Shown piece by piece: positions 34,153 through 44,900 of a stretch of DNA of 64,000 nt. Position 1 is the first letter of the stretch. The number at the start of each line of letters is the position of its first letter. Below the pieces are notes generated by a model. That model was not told the origin of the DNA. It did no database searches and saw only the letters and a list, made by a program, of their open reading frames with translations. A program made the position numbers and the translations under genes. Where the stretch lies: IMG/VR virus record IMGVR_UViG_3300020147_000065, positions 62,001 to 126,000 of that record. One strand, 5' to 3'.

Positions 34153-34213
34153 ATTATAGCACAGAAAAAGATGCCCGTCAACCCTTGACACTAATCGCCA
34201 TAAGTTGTATGAT
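34153..34213. promoter_or_regulatory. Back-to-back divergent sigma70 promoters
   Basis: Minus: TTGACG(34181-34176)-17-TATAAT(34158-34153); plus: TTGACA(34185-34190)-17-TATGAT(34208-34213). Confidence 0.85.
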
Positions 34214-34237
34214 TTAAGGCACAAGGAGAACGGTTAA

Positions 34238-35722
34238 ATGTTAAACGCACTGAGAGCTTTGGAGCTACATGGACGAGGTTGGAACGTTGTGCCATTATTA
34301 GAAGCATCTAAAAAGCCGGTTGGTGGACTCCCGTGGGGGAAATTCAACACGATTAGACAGTCGCATGATGAAGTCAAGCAGCTTTTTGCTGACCACGGGG
34401 GTAATGTAGGTGTAGTATGTGGAGAAGTATCTGACAATCTGTTTGTGTTGGATTGCGAAACGGACGATGTATTCAACGAACTATGGAAAGCAACAAAGCA
34501 TCTTCCTGTTCTCGTAGTTAGAACACCCCGCGGTGGGCATATTTACGGACGATGTGAGTTCCCCGTTAAACCACGCACCATTGATACCAAGTGGGGTAAA
34601 GTCGAAATTCGTTCTAATGGTCAATACGTGGTCAGCTATGGTTCAGTTCACCCCAACGGCATGGAATACATGCTCATGACCAATCCTGAAACCATTCATA
34701 AGTTTCCTCTTGGTAAATTAGCCGGAGTTGAGTGGCTCGTTCTTGAATATGATCCAAAGAACACCGAACTGAAGAAGATTCTCCGTGATTCAGGTATTGC
34801 TGAGAATCTTGCGAAGGGTTACACAAGCCGCTCAGAAGCAGAGATGGCGTTAATTACACTGATGGTGCGAAAGGGATACGATAAAAACGCAATCAGTAGT
34901 TTCTTGTCTTCGTCTGGCTATGGGGATAAGTTTGTGGAAATGCAGGATAAGTCCCCATCAAGGGCCTTTGCGTGGCTCGATTTGTCCATCAAGAAGGCGC
35001 AGAATCTCGGTCACACTCAGGAATTTACCGAAGTTCAGCGTAATATGTCAGACCTGAAGACTCTTTTAGTTTCGGCCTCCTTACGAGGCCGAAAGGGGGC
35101 AACACTCTATAAAGCCCTCCTCGTTCACATTAACACCTGTGATGCGTCGGGCAAGAAAGTTTATCATCTTTCCATTCGTGAAGGATGTGAAAAGGCAGGA
35201 ATGTCTCACCCGACATTCATGAAAATGAACGCCGAATTAGTTCAAATGGGACTTGTTGAGATTGTCAAGGCAACCAAAGGTATCGAGGGAAACAGCTACT
35301 CACTAAACCAGAAAGCTGTAAGAGAGTTTTTGGAAAGTCTTAATCTCCAAGACTTTAACACTCATATAAACACCCATGTGACTAATTGTGAAAGTTTTGG
35401 CGTTTTAGGTTTGTTTGAGGTTGGAAGCTTTGGTCACTCGGCTAACCAGATTTACAACATCTTGAGAACGAATCCTGGGCTAACCATCGCCCAAATCTCT
35501 AAGTCAACAGGTCGTGCTGATAACACGGTGCGTCGAGTCTTGACAAAGATGGCCGAAAATGGTATAGTTAAGAGAGAAGAAAATGGGACATGGAAGACGC
35601 TCGACATTGACCTCAAAGAGTACGCAGTGACCTCTGGTTCTGTGGGTAAGTTCTTGAAGAGGCGGTATAGACACATCAAAGAGCGTCAAAATTACAGGGG
35701 AGGTAAGGGTGGAGAAATCTAA
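34238..35722 (+). CDS. Second Prim-Pol (AEP) fused to helical and winged-helix domains
   Basis: GWNVVPL..KKP, NVGVVCG, VLDCE, TPRGGHIY, EIRSNGQYVV..SVHP, SRSEAEMAL; C-terminal wHTH. Confidence 0.85.
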   Translation: MLNALRALELHGRGWNVVPLLEASKKPVGGLPWGKFNTIRQSHDEVKQLFADHGGNVGVVCGEVSDNLFVLDCETDDVFNELWKATKHLPVLVVRTPRGGHIYGRCEFPVKPRTIDTKWGKVEIRSNGQYVVSYGSVHPNGMEYMLMTNPETIHKFPLGKLAGVEWLVLEYDPKNTELKKILRDSGIAENLAKGYTSRSEAEMALITLMVRKGYDKNAISSFLSSSGYGDKFVEMQDKSPSRAFAWLDLSIKKAQNLGHTQEFTEVQRNMSDLKTLLVSASLRGRKGATLYKALLVHINTCDASGKKVYHLSIREGCEKAGMSHPTFMKMNAELVQMGLVEIVKATKGIEGNSYSLNQKAVREFLESLNLQDFNTHINTHVTNCESFGVLGLFEVGSFGHSANQIYNILRTNPGLTIAQISKSTGRADNTVRRVLTKMAENGIVKREENGTWKTLDIDLKEYAVTSGSVGKFLKRRYRHIKERQNYRGGKGGEI

Positions 35723-37814
35723 TTTTGTATTCGACATTGAAACAATTATTAACTTCTTTTCTTACACAGCAATCAGTACGAAGACCGACGAAGTCAAGGT
35801 CTTCGTAATCTGGAAAAACCGAAATGATTTGGAAGCGATGTTGGATCACCTGGATAACGAAGCAAAAGGGTTAATAGGTTTTAACTCACTCAGCTTCGAC
35901 TATCCTGTAATTCATGAAATCATGAAGAAGAGGAAACACTTCCTCAAAATTGATGGTGACCAAGCCGCCCGTGAAATCTACAGAATTGCGCAGGAAACAA
36001 TTAACAAAGAATGGTCGCAGGTTTACAAACCATATCTACCACAGTTAGACCTTTTCAAAGTACATCACTTCGACAACCATGCAAAGATGACCTCGCTTAA
36101 AAAGCTTGAAATTGCCTTGCAAATGGATAACGTCGAGGATATGCCTCACCCTCACTGTGATGAGGTTGAGACTCAGGAAGTGGCCGACCAAATTCTTTCG
36201 TATAACTTGAACGACGTTATTGCAACAAAGCGATTCTGGCAAGTTAGCATTGACAAGATTAAACTTCGAGCCGGTATTCGTGAGCGTTACGGTATCGAGT
36301 GCATGAACTACTCTGATTCTAAAATCGGAGAAGAACTCATGCTAAAAATGTACTGTGAGCATACCGGAAAAGAGCCAAAAGAGGTCAAACCTCTTCGAAC
36401 GAAACGAAGTGTTCTCCGCTTTGCGGATTGCATTCCTGACTACATCAAGTTTGAGACAGATGAATTTAATGAGCTACTTGACTTCTTAAAAGGTAAAGAA
36501 GTGTCGGTAATGAAAGATTCTTTCAAGTACTCTTTCACTTATCGCAATTTCATTTTCGATTTAGGAACTGGTGGTATTCACGGTTGCGCCGCACCAAAGG
36601 TTTATGTTTCAGATGATGAAAAGATGATTATTGATGCTGACGTGGCATCTCTGTATCCATCTCTGGCTATCGTAAACAATCTTTATCCTGAACATTTGGG
36701 TGCTGACTTCCCAGCTATTTATGAAAACGAGATTGTCAAACCACGTATCGCTGCGAAACGTCGCGGTGACAAAGTTATGGCTGATGGTTTCAAACTGTCC
36801 GCCAACTCTGTTTATGGTAAGTCTAACAGTGAATGGTCTTTTTTGTACGATCCTTTGTACACTTTGAAGACCACCCTGGCTGGCCAACTTTCTTTATGTC
36901 AGCTATCTGAGATGTTGATGATAGCAATTCCTGAATTGGAAATGTTACAGATTAACACCGATGGTTTAACTGTCATTATTCCAAGAGGAGCAGAAGAAAA
37001 GTACCGAGAAGTCTGTAAGAAGTGGGAAGAAATCACCCGTCTTGAACTGGAATATGTCACCTACAGCAAAATGGTTGTTCGTGACGTAAATAACTATCTG
37101 GCTATCTCATCCGAGGGTAAAGTAAAGTACAAGGGTGCTTTTAAAATCCATACGGAAATGATTAAAGATGGTGAATACCACAAGGCATTCAACCAGGCAA
37201 TCGTTCCTCTTGCTCTTTCCAAGTATTATGTTGAGGGTATTGCTCTCGAAGATACTATTAGAGAGCATAAGAACATTTATGACTTCTGTAAGACCTTTAA
37301 CAGCCAAGGTGGTTGGGTCTGCGAAAGTTTACTTGTTGATGAAAATGGTAATGAATCTGATCATAGAACTGAACAGAAAAATAATCGTTACTATATTTCA
37401 GTCAAGGGTCGAAAATTCCGTAAGGTTTCTGGCGACCGTAAGATTGATATTGAGGCAAGTAATCCTGTCACGATATTTAATCATTTCGTTGAGAAACCTT
37501 TTGATGAATACGATGTAGACTACGAATACTATATCAACGAATGCTATAAGATTGTAGATACGATTTCCGGCGAAAAAGAACGACTCCAGAAAGAGCGAGA
37601 AATCGCTACGATGCTGGACAAGAGATCGAGGCAGGAAAGAAACTACGTTAAATTCTGTGTCGAAAAACTACCGACAAGAAAACAATATGAGGCATATCGC
37701 CTTGATTGGTTGGTAGAAAAATATGGTGAGGTAACAAGGTTCAAACCCTCACCGGCTGACAGAAAAAAGGCTTCGGAAGATCAAGTGGTAATGAGTTTCG
37801 ACGAGGATGAATAA
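35709..37814 (+). CDS. DNA polymerase family B with 3'-5' exonuclease
   Basis: FDIET, GFN..FD, YNLND; DVASLYPS, KLSANSVYGK, NTDG. Confidence 0.93.
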   Translation: MEKSNFVFDIETIINFFSYTAISTKTDEVKVFVIWKNRNDLEAMLDHLDNEAKGLIGFNSLSFDYPVIHEIMKKRKHFLKIDGDQAAREIYRIAQETINKEWSQVYKPYLPQLDLFKVHHFDNHAKMTSLKKLEIALQMDNVEDMPHPHCDEVETQEVADQILSYNLNDVIATKRFWQVSIDKIKLRAGIRERYGIECMNYSDSKIGEELMLKMYCEHTGKEPKEVKPLRTKRSVLRFADCIPDYIKFETDEFNELLDFLKGKEVSVMKDSFKYSFTYRNFIFDLGTGGIHGCAAPKVYVSDDEKMIIDADVASLYPSLAIVNNLYPEHLGADFPAIYENEIVKPRIAAKRRGDKVMADGFKLSANSVYGKSNSEWSFLYDPLYTLKTTLAGQLSLCQLSEMLMIAIPELEMLQINTDGLTVIIPRGAEEKYREVCKKWEEITRLELEYVTYSKMVVRDVNNYLAISSEGKVKYKGAFKIHTEMIKDGEYHKAFNQAIVPLALSKYYVEGIALEDTIREHKNIYDFCKTFNSQGGWVCESLLVDENGNESDHRTEQKNNRYYISVKGRKFRKVSGDRKIDIEASNPVTIFNHFVEKPFDEYDVDYEYYINECYKIVDTISGEKERLQKEREIATMLDKRSRQERNYVKFCVEKLPTRKQYEAYRLDWLVEKYGEVTRFKPSPADRKKASEDQVVMSFDEDE

Positions 37815-38596
37815 TGGATATTCATACAGAAGACCTTATTTGTATAACCAATGAAAAAGGTCAAATCACGGAATCCAACATGTCTTATTTTGCAACGATG
37901 GGTGTAGATAAGGATAAGATTCTTGATTATCTTGATGTCGAAGACCGAGAAAAAGTAGAAGGGGCGCTCAACAAGAGCGGCCCTTCTTATTCGGTTTTCA
38001 TAGTGAATTTATATACACGAGCCGGGGTTTTCCGAGCATCCGTCAGCATCACAAGAGGTAAAACTGACAAAGAGTTTTGCTTTATATTTCGTGCAGCCAT
38101 CCTTGAGAAGGAAACTGCACCCGTGGATAGCCTTACCAAACTTCCAACAAGAGATTATCTATCAATGGTATTGAATAAGTCGTTAGGTAGAGTAGAACGT
38201 AATCCTTCCTATAATTTTGGTTTACTGTTCATTGATCTTGATGGGTTCAAACAGGTAAATGATACCTCTGGTCATTTGGTTGGTGACAAACTGTTGCAAT
38301 TAGTCGCTCGTAAATTATTACGTGCAGTACGTCCGGTTGATACAGTCATCAGATATGGTGGAGATGAATTTATTATCGTGCTTGACGACGTAAAGAGCAG
38401 CCACGATATTGTGACCGTCTCTAATCGTATTGAAGAGGACATTAAGATCATTAGCTATATTGATGATGTTCCGGTTAAGATCGGAGCAAGTATCGGCTTT
38501 ACAGCTTACACTCCAGGTGAAACAATTGAGCAGATGATTGATACCGCTGATAAGGCTATGTATGACGCGAAGAAGACCAAGAAGGTAAGCCGATGA
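37814..38596 (+). CDS. Diguanylate cyclase (PAS-like + GGDEF)
   Basis: DSLTKLP.R, FIDLDGFKQVNDTSGHLVGD, RPVD (I-site), RYGGDEF, ASIG, ADKAMY. Confidence 0.93.
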   Translation: MDIHTEDLICITNEKGQITESNMSYFATMGVDKDKILDYLDVEDREKVEGALNKSGPSYSVFIVNLYTRAGVFRASVSITRGKTDKEFCFIFRAAILEKETAPVDSLTKLPTRDYLSMVLNKSLGRVERNPSYNFGLLFIDLDGFKQVNDTSGHLVGDKLLQLVARKLLRAVRPVDTVIRYGGDEFIIVLDDVKSSHDIVTVSNRIEEDIKIISYIDDVPVKIGASIGFTAYTPGETIEQMIDTADKAMYDAKKTKKVSR

Positions 38597-39084
38597 TAGA
38601 AACTATTAATCGTCCAAACGATTGGATACTTGGAGTGCTGTCCACGGGGGTTTATGCAAAGGAAATTCCTCTGAGGGAATACGAGAATTGGGAAGTTGAA
38701 CCTGAATTAACCTTATATGTCGTATTTTATGATAATTTACTTAATTTACGTAGGGCCAGTTCAATTTTTAATCCAGAAGCAGAGAAAGATACCAATTCTG
38801 TTGGTATCTTTCAACCTTTTCAATTAATTAATTTCAACGTTAATCCTGATGGAGAAATGCATCCAGCGATTGGCTTTTTGCGCACCAGCATTACACGCGA
38901 TAGAGCCTGTATTTTAAGTCATGAGGCTTATCATGCTGCCAATGAGTGGGCGAGAAGGAAGGGAATTAATTTCGACTTTGCTGAGGAAATAACAGACAAT
39001 GAAGAACACATCGGCTACATGATGACTTACATCACAGATGAAGTTTATAAATGTAGAGATAAAGCAAAAGCCATGATCGTTTGA
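38593..39084 (+). CDS. HExxH zincin-like protein
   Basis: LSHEAYHA...EEHIGY. Confidence 0.65.
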   Translation: MIETINRPNDWILGVLSTGVYAKEIPLREYENWEVEPELTLYVVFYDNLLNLRRASSIFNPEAEKDTNSVGIFQPFQLINFNVNPDGEMHPAIGFLRTSITRDRACILSHEAYHAANEWARRKGINFDFAEEITDNEEHIGYMMTYITDEVYKCRDKAKAMIV

Positions 39085-39095
39085 TCATGGCTTTT
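39066..39095. terminator. Bidirectional terminator between convergent blocks
   Basis: AAAAGCCATGATC-gttt-GATCATGGCTTTT. Confidence 0.8.
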
Positions 39096-39106
39096 ATCAC
39101 ATTTAA

Positions 39107-39970
39107 TTATGTGTCTGGAGTTAGTCCTACGTTGTAATTAAGTCCGTCTACTCTGAACTTTAAAGTTCCACCATCCAAATAAAAGAAGCCTTTTTGATCT
39201 GATGTGCTTACCAGTTCAGGACTGTCTACTTCTGGAATTATCACCGGTAATTCTGAGTAAAGGGCGGCATTTCTATTTCCACCATCATCGTTCCAAAGAC
39301 TCCACTCTTCCGTTTTGTCAATTCTTAATTCGATGTATTTACCCGCAAGAGCATTGTTGAAGGTCAGATACACATTAAAATCGGTAATCGTTGGTTCGCT
39401 GCCCGAAACTGTCACATTACCTGCTCCTATAGCCGGAATAGCCTCAAGTTTTGTTTCTATGGATGCTATACTATCAGATGTAGATAGAGTTACATCACCA
39501 CCTACACCCAGTGTAGTGTCACCTACATGAATGGTTAGAGGACTTGGTGAAGGAATTACATTTTCAATCAAGGCGACATGATTTCTTGCTCTACCGCCAG
39601 TGGGAACTAAAGCATCAGTTAAAGAGCTATTGAATACAACCCATTGATAGTCTCCGTCAGCCTCTCTTAGTATTAAACTAACAAAATCGGATCGTCGCGC
39701 TCTAATAGTTATTGGTTGAGCACTAAATATTGTTCCATTTAAATCTACGTAACCAATACCAGTACCAATTGAGCGACTTTCTACACCTAAGTTACAAGAG
39801 GCATCAAAATATAAATGAACTACACTTCCAGCGTTTCTACCACTTTTAAGTATTTTATTGATAGTGGTAGTCCCCAATATTTTAATAAGTTCTCCATCTT
39901 GAGGTAAGATGAGTGTTGAAGCACTTTGAACAGGGGTGCCTTCTTTTGCGACAGTAAATAAATTAGCCAT
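39107..39970 (-). CDS. Putative virion/tail-associated protein
   Basis: Beta-rich; IE.KLEAIPAIGAGNVTVSG motif; last gene of the structural block. Confidence 0.55.
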   Translation of the reverse strand: MANLFTVAKEGTPVQSASTLILPQDGELIKILGTTTINKILKSGRNAGSVVHLYFDASCNLGVESRSIGTGIGYVDLNGTIFSAQPITIRARRSDFVSLILREADGDYQWVVFNSSLTDALVPTGGRARNHVALIENVIPSPSPLTIHVGDTTLGVGGDVTLSTSDSIASIETKLEAIPAIGAGNVTVSGSEPTITDFNVYLTFNNALAGKYIELRIDKTEEWSLWNDDGGNRNAALYSELPVIIPEVDSPELVSTSDQKGFFYLDGGTLKFRVDGLNYNVGLTPDT

Positions 39971-41928
39971 TAAAATTCTCCCGTGGATGGCGTTTCCACA
40001 ACATCATTAACAGCAAATAATGTTTCACCATTCGCAGTTATGACTTCACTCTGAAGATCAACACCAGAAGCATCGTCTTCATTGTCTTGACCTATAATCC
40101 TATCTTCGATACGCAATACTTCAAGAGGAAACGCAGTACTCTTTGACACCTTACTTACCGTTAAGGCTCCGTCTTCTTCGCTAAGAGGTGCTTTCTGGAA
40201 TACCACAAGTAGTGCGTCACCGGTACCGTCGGGTGCATCAGTTAAAATAATTAGGCGACTGTCATAAGTCGCCGGTGTTATTACTTCACCGTTCTCTATT
40301 ACAGCATGAGTCAATTCCTTTTCAAGTTGATACATGAAGGTAGGAGATACGATGTTCCCACTGCTGATTTCAGGTACCTCGATGGGCCGATTATCGTTCC
40401 AGCTAAGGTCCATGTTCATTTCAAGTAGCCCGGTGTCAACACCAACAAATGGCCTTTTCTCTTGCTCTCCAATTCGAGCTAAAGCAAAGGAAACCGGCGA
40501 ATATGTACCCGGCACCGTGGCTTGCAATTCAAATGTATCAGTAGTAGCAGTACGTATGAATATCTCACCACTATCCAGGAGAACCGCATTTTCAGATACG
40601 AATACAATGTCTCCAGGGAAGTTATCCGCTGTTTCGCTGAAAGGAACAACAGTGGGGTAGCTCCATGTGCGCTCTGTGCCCTGAGAAATGTATAATTTAT
40701 TCGCTTTGGTTAGAATGATACTTCCAGGCTCTACGAATATTTTATCCGGCACAAAAGGAATATCCCACAACTTCCTCATATCAAAGGTGGCATACATCGC
40801 AAGAGAGTCTGCTCCCTCGTAGAATACGAGTCCCTGTTCTGCGGATTTTTCAATATGAGTTACATTACGAGACTCACCACGAGGTAGGATAGTTAATGAA
40901 CTATCCCCAAGGGTAGTATCAATGACTACAAGTTGATTATCCTGTGCCAGATAGATTTTATCATCTATGATCGCGGCATCTGTCACTCCGGTAAAACCAA
41001 GAGTTGAAATATCTTTAACCAACGTAATTCCGGTGGCAATAGAATAACGATAAATCTTGAGAGGATTCTTCGTGTATATTGTTAGAATACCATCCTCATG
41101 CTGGCGAACTTTCAAGATTTGATCTGCGGCAAGACGTATTCCAGTAAACATATCCTGTGGTGTAATCAATACACCAAAGAATAATTCCTTCTGTGCTGTC
41201 CCAAGTTCGGCAGTTGCTCCAAATTGGGCGATATTAGCCTCACGGTAATTTTTAGTTGCTACTAATTTACCTGACACGGCTTTCCACATGGGACCTTCTT
41301 CCCAGGGAATTTGTTTAAATTGTTCCCACCATTCAAGAGCTTGTTCATCAGTGAAGCCCTCTGGAAGGGCTTCACCTTCTGTTCTAAATCCAATCTGCAT
41401 CCATTTCTTTCTAAGTGAATTGGTGCTCAAAGAACCAGCCTGAATACCGAACAGAGCTTTAGTAATCTTGTAATTACTTCTGTTGATACTCAAAGGAAAT
41501 TCTTTTGCTTGAATATTATTGTTTAAGTCGTTTTCGATGTTTACATTAACAGCGTCTCTCGCCCACAAGCCATCACTACCGAGTGCGAATGCTTCAATGA
41601 GTGCTGGGCCATTCAGGTGATTTCGAGTGTCCCATTCCATAGAAAAGGTATCTGCGTCAATTACCTCAAGACCATTTCTAACAATCTTTGGTGTTGTTCG
41701 GCAGATTTGATAGGCTGCCTGTTTACTTCCAGCAACCGACCTCCAACGAATGAAATAGGCGAGTGAAGACACCGGAGTAAAGATTTCATATACACCCTCA
41801 CTCGTAGGGCTTTCCTCAACTCCGGTGCCTGACCATGCGGTTAACGGGACTCCATAGTAGTCGTATATTCTATACTCTACGTCCCATAGCCCCGTTATTC
41901 CTAAATTAGCAAATAGTAACTGTTCCAT
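39970..41928 (-). CDS. Putative virion protein, beta-propeller-like
   Basis: 652 aa, TAATG-coupled, short beta-strand repeats. Confidence 0.55.
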   Translation of the reverse strand: MEQLLFANLGITGLWDVEYRIYDYYGVPLTAWSGTGVEESPTSEGVYEIFTPVSSLAYFIRWRSVAGSKQAAYQICRTTPKIVRNGLEVIDADTFSMEWDTRNHLNGPALIEAFALGSDGLWARDAVNVNIENDLNNNIQAKEFPLSINRSNYKITKALFGIQAGSLSTNSLRKKWMQIGFRTEGEALPEGFTDEQALEWWEQFKQIPWEEGPMWKAVSGKLVATKNYREANIAQFGATAELGTAQKELFFGVLITPQDMFTGIRLAADQILKVRQHEDGILTIYTKNPLKIYRYSIATGITLVKDISTLGFTGVTDAAIIDDKIYLAQDNQLVVIDTTLGDSSLTILPRGESRNVTHIEKSAEQGLVFYEGADSLAMYATFDMRKLWDIPFVPDKIFVEPGSIILTKANKLYISQGTERTWSYPTVVPFSETADNFPGDIVFVSENAVLLDSGEIFIRTATTDTFELQATVPGTYSPVSFALARIGEQEKRPFVGVDTGLLEMNMDLSWNDNRPIEVPEISSGNIVSPTFMYQLEKELTHAVIENGEVITPATYDSRLIILTDAPDGTGDALLVVFQKAPLSEEDGALTVSKVSKSTAFPLEVLRIEDRIIGQDNEDDASGVDLQSEVITANGETLFAVNDVVETPSTGEF

Positions 41929-44900
41929 TAGTCCACTCTGCTTCCTACCGGAAGCCCTCTAACAGAGATTTCCTCATGGGAGTGACCGTCCTCATCGGTC
42001 ACAACCATCGTTATACGACGAATAAAGTACACGTACTCATTTTCGTCAGGGGTTGTTATATTAATGGTAGCCGACTGGGAAATCAAATCTACCTCAAGAA
42101 CTTCACTGTAATCCCCATACTGCTTAACAGTCTCGTCCTCCTCGTTCACTATCAGGTTATAAGCTCTAACCTTGTAAAGGTATTTTCTACCTCGTCCCAA
42201 GAAATCAATATAACTTCCAACGGGAAGGTTTTCTGCTGTTAGAGGGTCTGGTAGTTCCAAAACATCATCTGGTTTATCGGCTGGAGCCAACCATTCATGG
42301 ATTGGGGTAGTGCCATAATCGGGAGTAGATGTCTTTTCTGCTCTCCATAGCTCTACACCATCAATCGGGTGACTACTTGATTCTTTCCAGGGGGCCGACT
42401 GAATGAAGACCTGGTGGTGGCTAAACGAACCAGAAACACCGAATACGTTTGTTATATCTCCAATATGCAACGGTGCATCCTGTTTTAGAGGAGTTAACGC
42501 CGTTTCAGTTAGATTCATAACTTGACCCGCTAAGGGACCAAGTACTTCACCTGAGTTGTTTGAGGCAACCCATCGAAGATCGTATTGATCTCCTGGTGTA
42601 AGATTTTTTAAGTTAATGACAACAACTGTACCGTTAGCCCAAGGTGCAACAGCAGCTTTCATTACCGTTCTACCGCTGTTTGTATAACGGTAAAGAGTAA
42701 GGTCATCACATCTTATTGGATAATTCCAATCAATTACGATGTCCATACGAGAAGCTTCTACGTTATCGTAAATGACTTCTCCGGGTAATCCGGCGGCCAA
42801 CTTTAATGTTGTTGCACTCGATTCAGGGCCTTCTACTTCATCCGTTGTGTTCCAAGAAACTGCACGGAAGAAGTATTCAGTGTCAGGTGTCAATCCTTCA
42901 AGAGTATATTCATCTCCTCCATCGAAGCTTACTTCTCCGCTGGAGTCTTCTATTCTATTCCAGGTGTCTCCATCCAGACTGTATTCAAGATATAGTCCAG
43001 TTGCCCTTGCAGGTAAAGCCGGAAGTATTAGATCAATTGTATAACGACCAATAAGCCCAGCAGTTACCAATCCTGGTACAGCAGGTGCAGCAATGTTTGT
43101 TGTTACAGCTAATGATAATCCTCTTCTTGCTTGAGGAGGATCACTATTTAACCACGCCACTGCCGCGAAGTAATATAAGGTTGATGGTGACAGACCTGTA
43201 ATATTTACAGTTGCTCCACCAGCGTAATCGGTACTATCGGTTTCCGTCCACGGGCCGTTAAAGTGAGGTGCTTTCCAGACACGTAAAGACGAAGCGTTTT
43301 CCGGTAACGCTGGAAGTGTTACCGTTACTGTAGTATCTGTTTTTGATACTAAAATAAGATTACCGGGTTTATCGGGGGATTCGCAGTCTCCTCCACCAGA
43401 ATTACTATCGCTGCTTTCAGAAGATACCAAACTCTGTTCTGATTCAGATGACATTGAATCACTTGAAGAAGAACTGTCTGGTTCGTCACTTGACACAGGA
43501 TTGCTCGATACAGGTTCACTACTTGTATCTGGGTCGCTTGATGCAGGGTCGCTTGATGCAGGGTCGCTTGATGCAGGGTCGCTTTCGAGATTACTACTTG
43601 ATTCCAGCGAGTCCGACGAAACGGACGAGCTGATTAATTCCTCAGAAGAAATACTTGTTTCATCCGAAGAATCAGAATTAGACGATAAAGATGCTCCGTT
43701 TATACGTAGGCATCCTGAGAAGCAAGCTCCTCCTGCAACTCTACCTCTTAGCTCATATATACCATCGGGCGCATCGAAAGGTGTGGTTAATCCCCAACTA
43801 CGAGCAGCGTCATTTAGTATTGTCGCTGTAAATCCATTGTCTTCAACACCAGGCGCTTCTGTCCAGAAATATCCAGAGTCAATGTGTCTGAGTGTCCAAC
43901 CCGTGGCAAGCACACTACCATTAACAGTAGGACATAGACCATCATATAGAGAAAAGTCAATGTAGCTACCGGCCTCTACCTCAGGAGGAGTAGCTTCACA
44001 CGCAATTACTGGTTCTGAGCATGGATTACTTTCTACCACATCGAATGTGGCCATTGCACAACGACCATCAAGAGTTTTTACGTAAACCTTGTAGTCATTG
44101 GCCTCAACCGCAGCAACGGGTACAAACAAACTAATTTGACCACTGCCTTTTATTCCAGCTTTGAATCCCGGAGTACCGTTGACACCTATTCTACCGGCAG
44201 AAACAGTAGCATTAGAACTATCTCTGACCTCCCAGTGGTCGGCAGATAACCATGCGATAGGAGCAGTACTTTCAGGCACCATAGCTCCACCACCAGGATG
44301 TAGGTATCGGTAATTACCACTACTACATTCGGTTACCTCTTCATCTTGTACCTCAATACAGAAAAGATTGGAATGTACTGACTCCTCATCTTCATACAAG
44401 AATCTGAGCTGATAAATTCCAGGATATAATAATCCAGGAGGAAGTTTAGCTGTGTATTCGTAGGTAGATGTAACATCTTTTGTTACATCGAAGTAACTAC
44501 CTAACGCACCTTGTAGAACCAAACCTTGACCATTGTACAAGGCCCAGTTGTTCTCAGTTGGGTATGCTAACCAATCGTCTTCATCGGTTACTGTTGCGGG
44601 TACATAGGGTGAAATAACCTGCTCGGTATCATCGCTGATAACCGTTGTTCCGGCAAAGCTTGGATCATTACCACAGAAAGTGTCCTTAACTTCTGCGAAA
44701 GTGAATGTTGCAGGATCACCAACAACTTCTTCATTGGTGTAACTGTTGTTGGCTCGTAATCTTACTTTATATGTTGCTCCCTGAACCACTTCAATAAATG
44801 GTGGATATAGAGTAACCTCAGATGGTCGAACGGAACCATAGACACCATATGGTGCCCAGGTAACGCCATTATCAGGACTGTATTCTAATGTCTCTAAAGT

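Noticed and set aside
12382-37814. Inteins or introns in recA, nrdJ or polB
   Set aside because: All three are uninterrupted, of normal length and lack splicing motifs
27885-39084. Reading the signalling genes as host chromosomal DNA or a chimeric assembly
   Set aside because: They are overlap-coupled with typical phage genes and share the same promoter style; no compositional break or att site was noticed
43531-43584. Direct repeats as a CRISPR array
   Set aside because: Contiguous 15-bp coding repeats with no spacers
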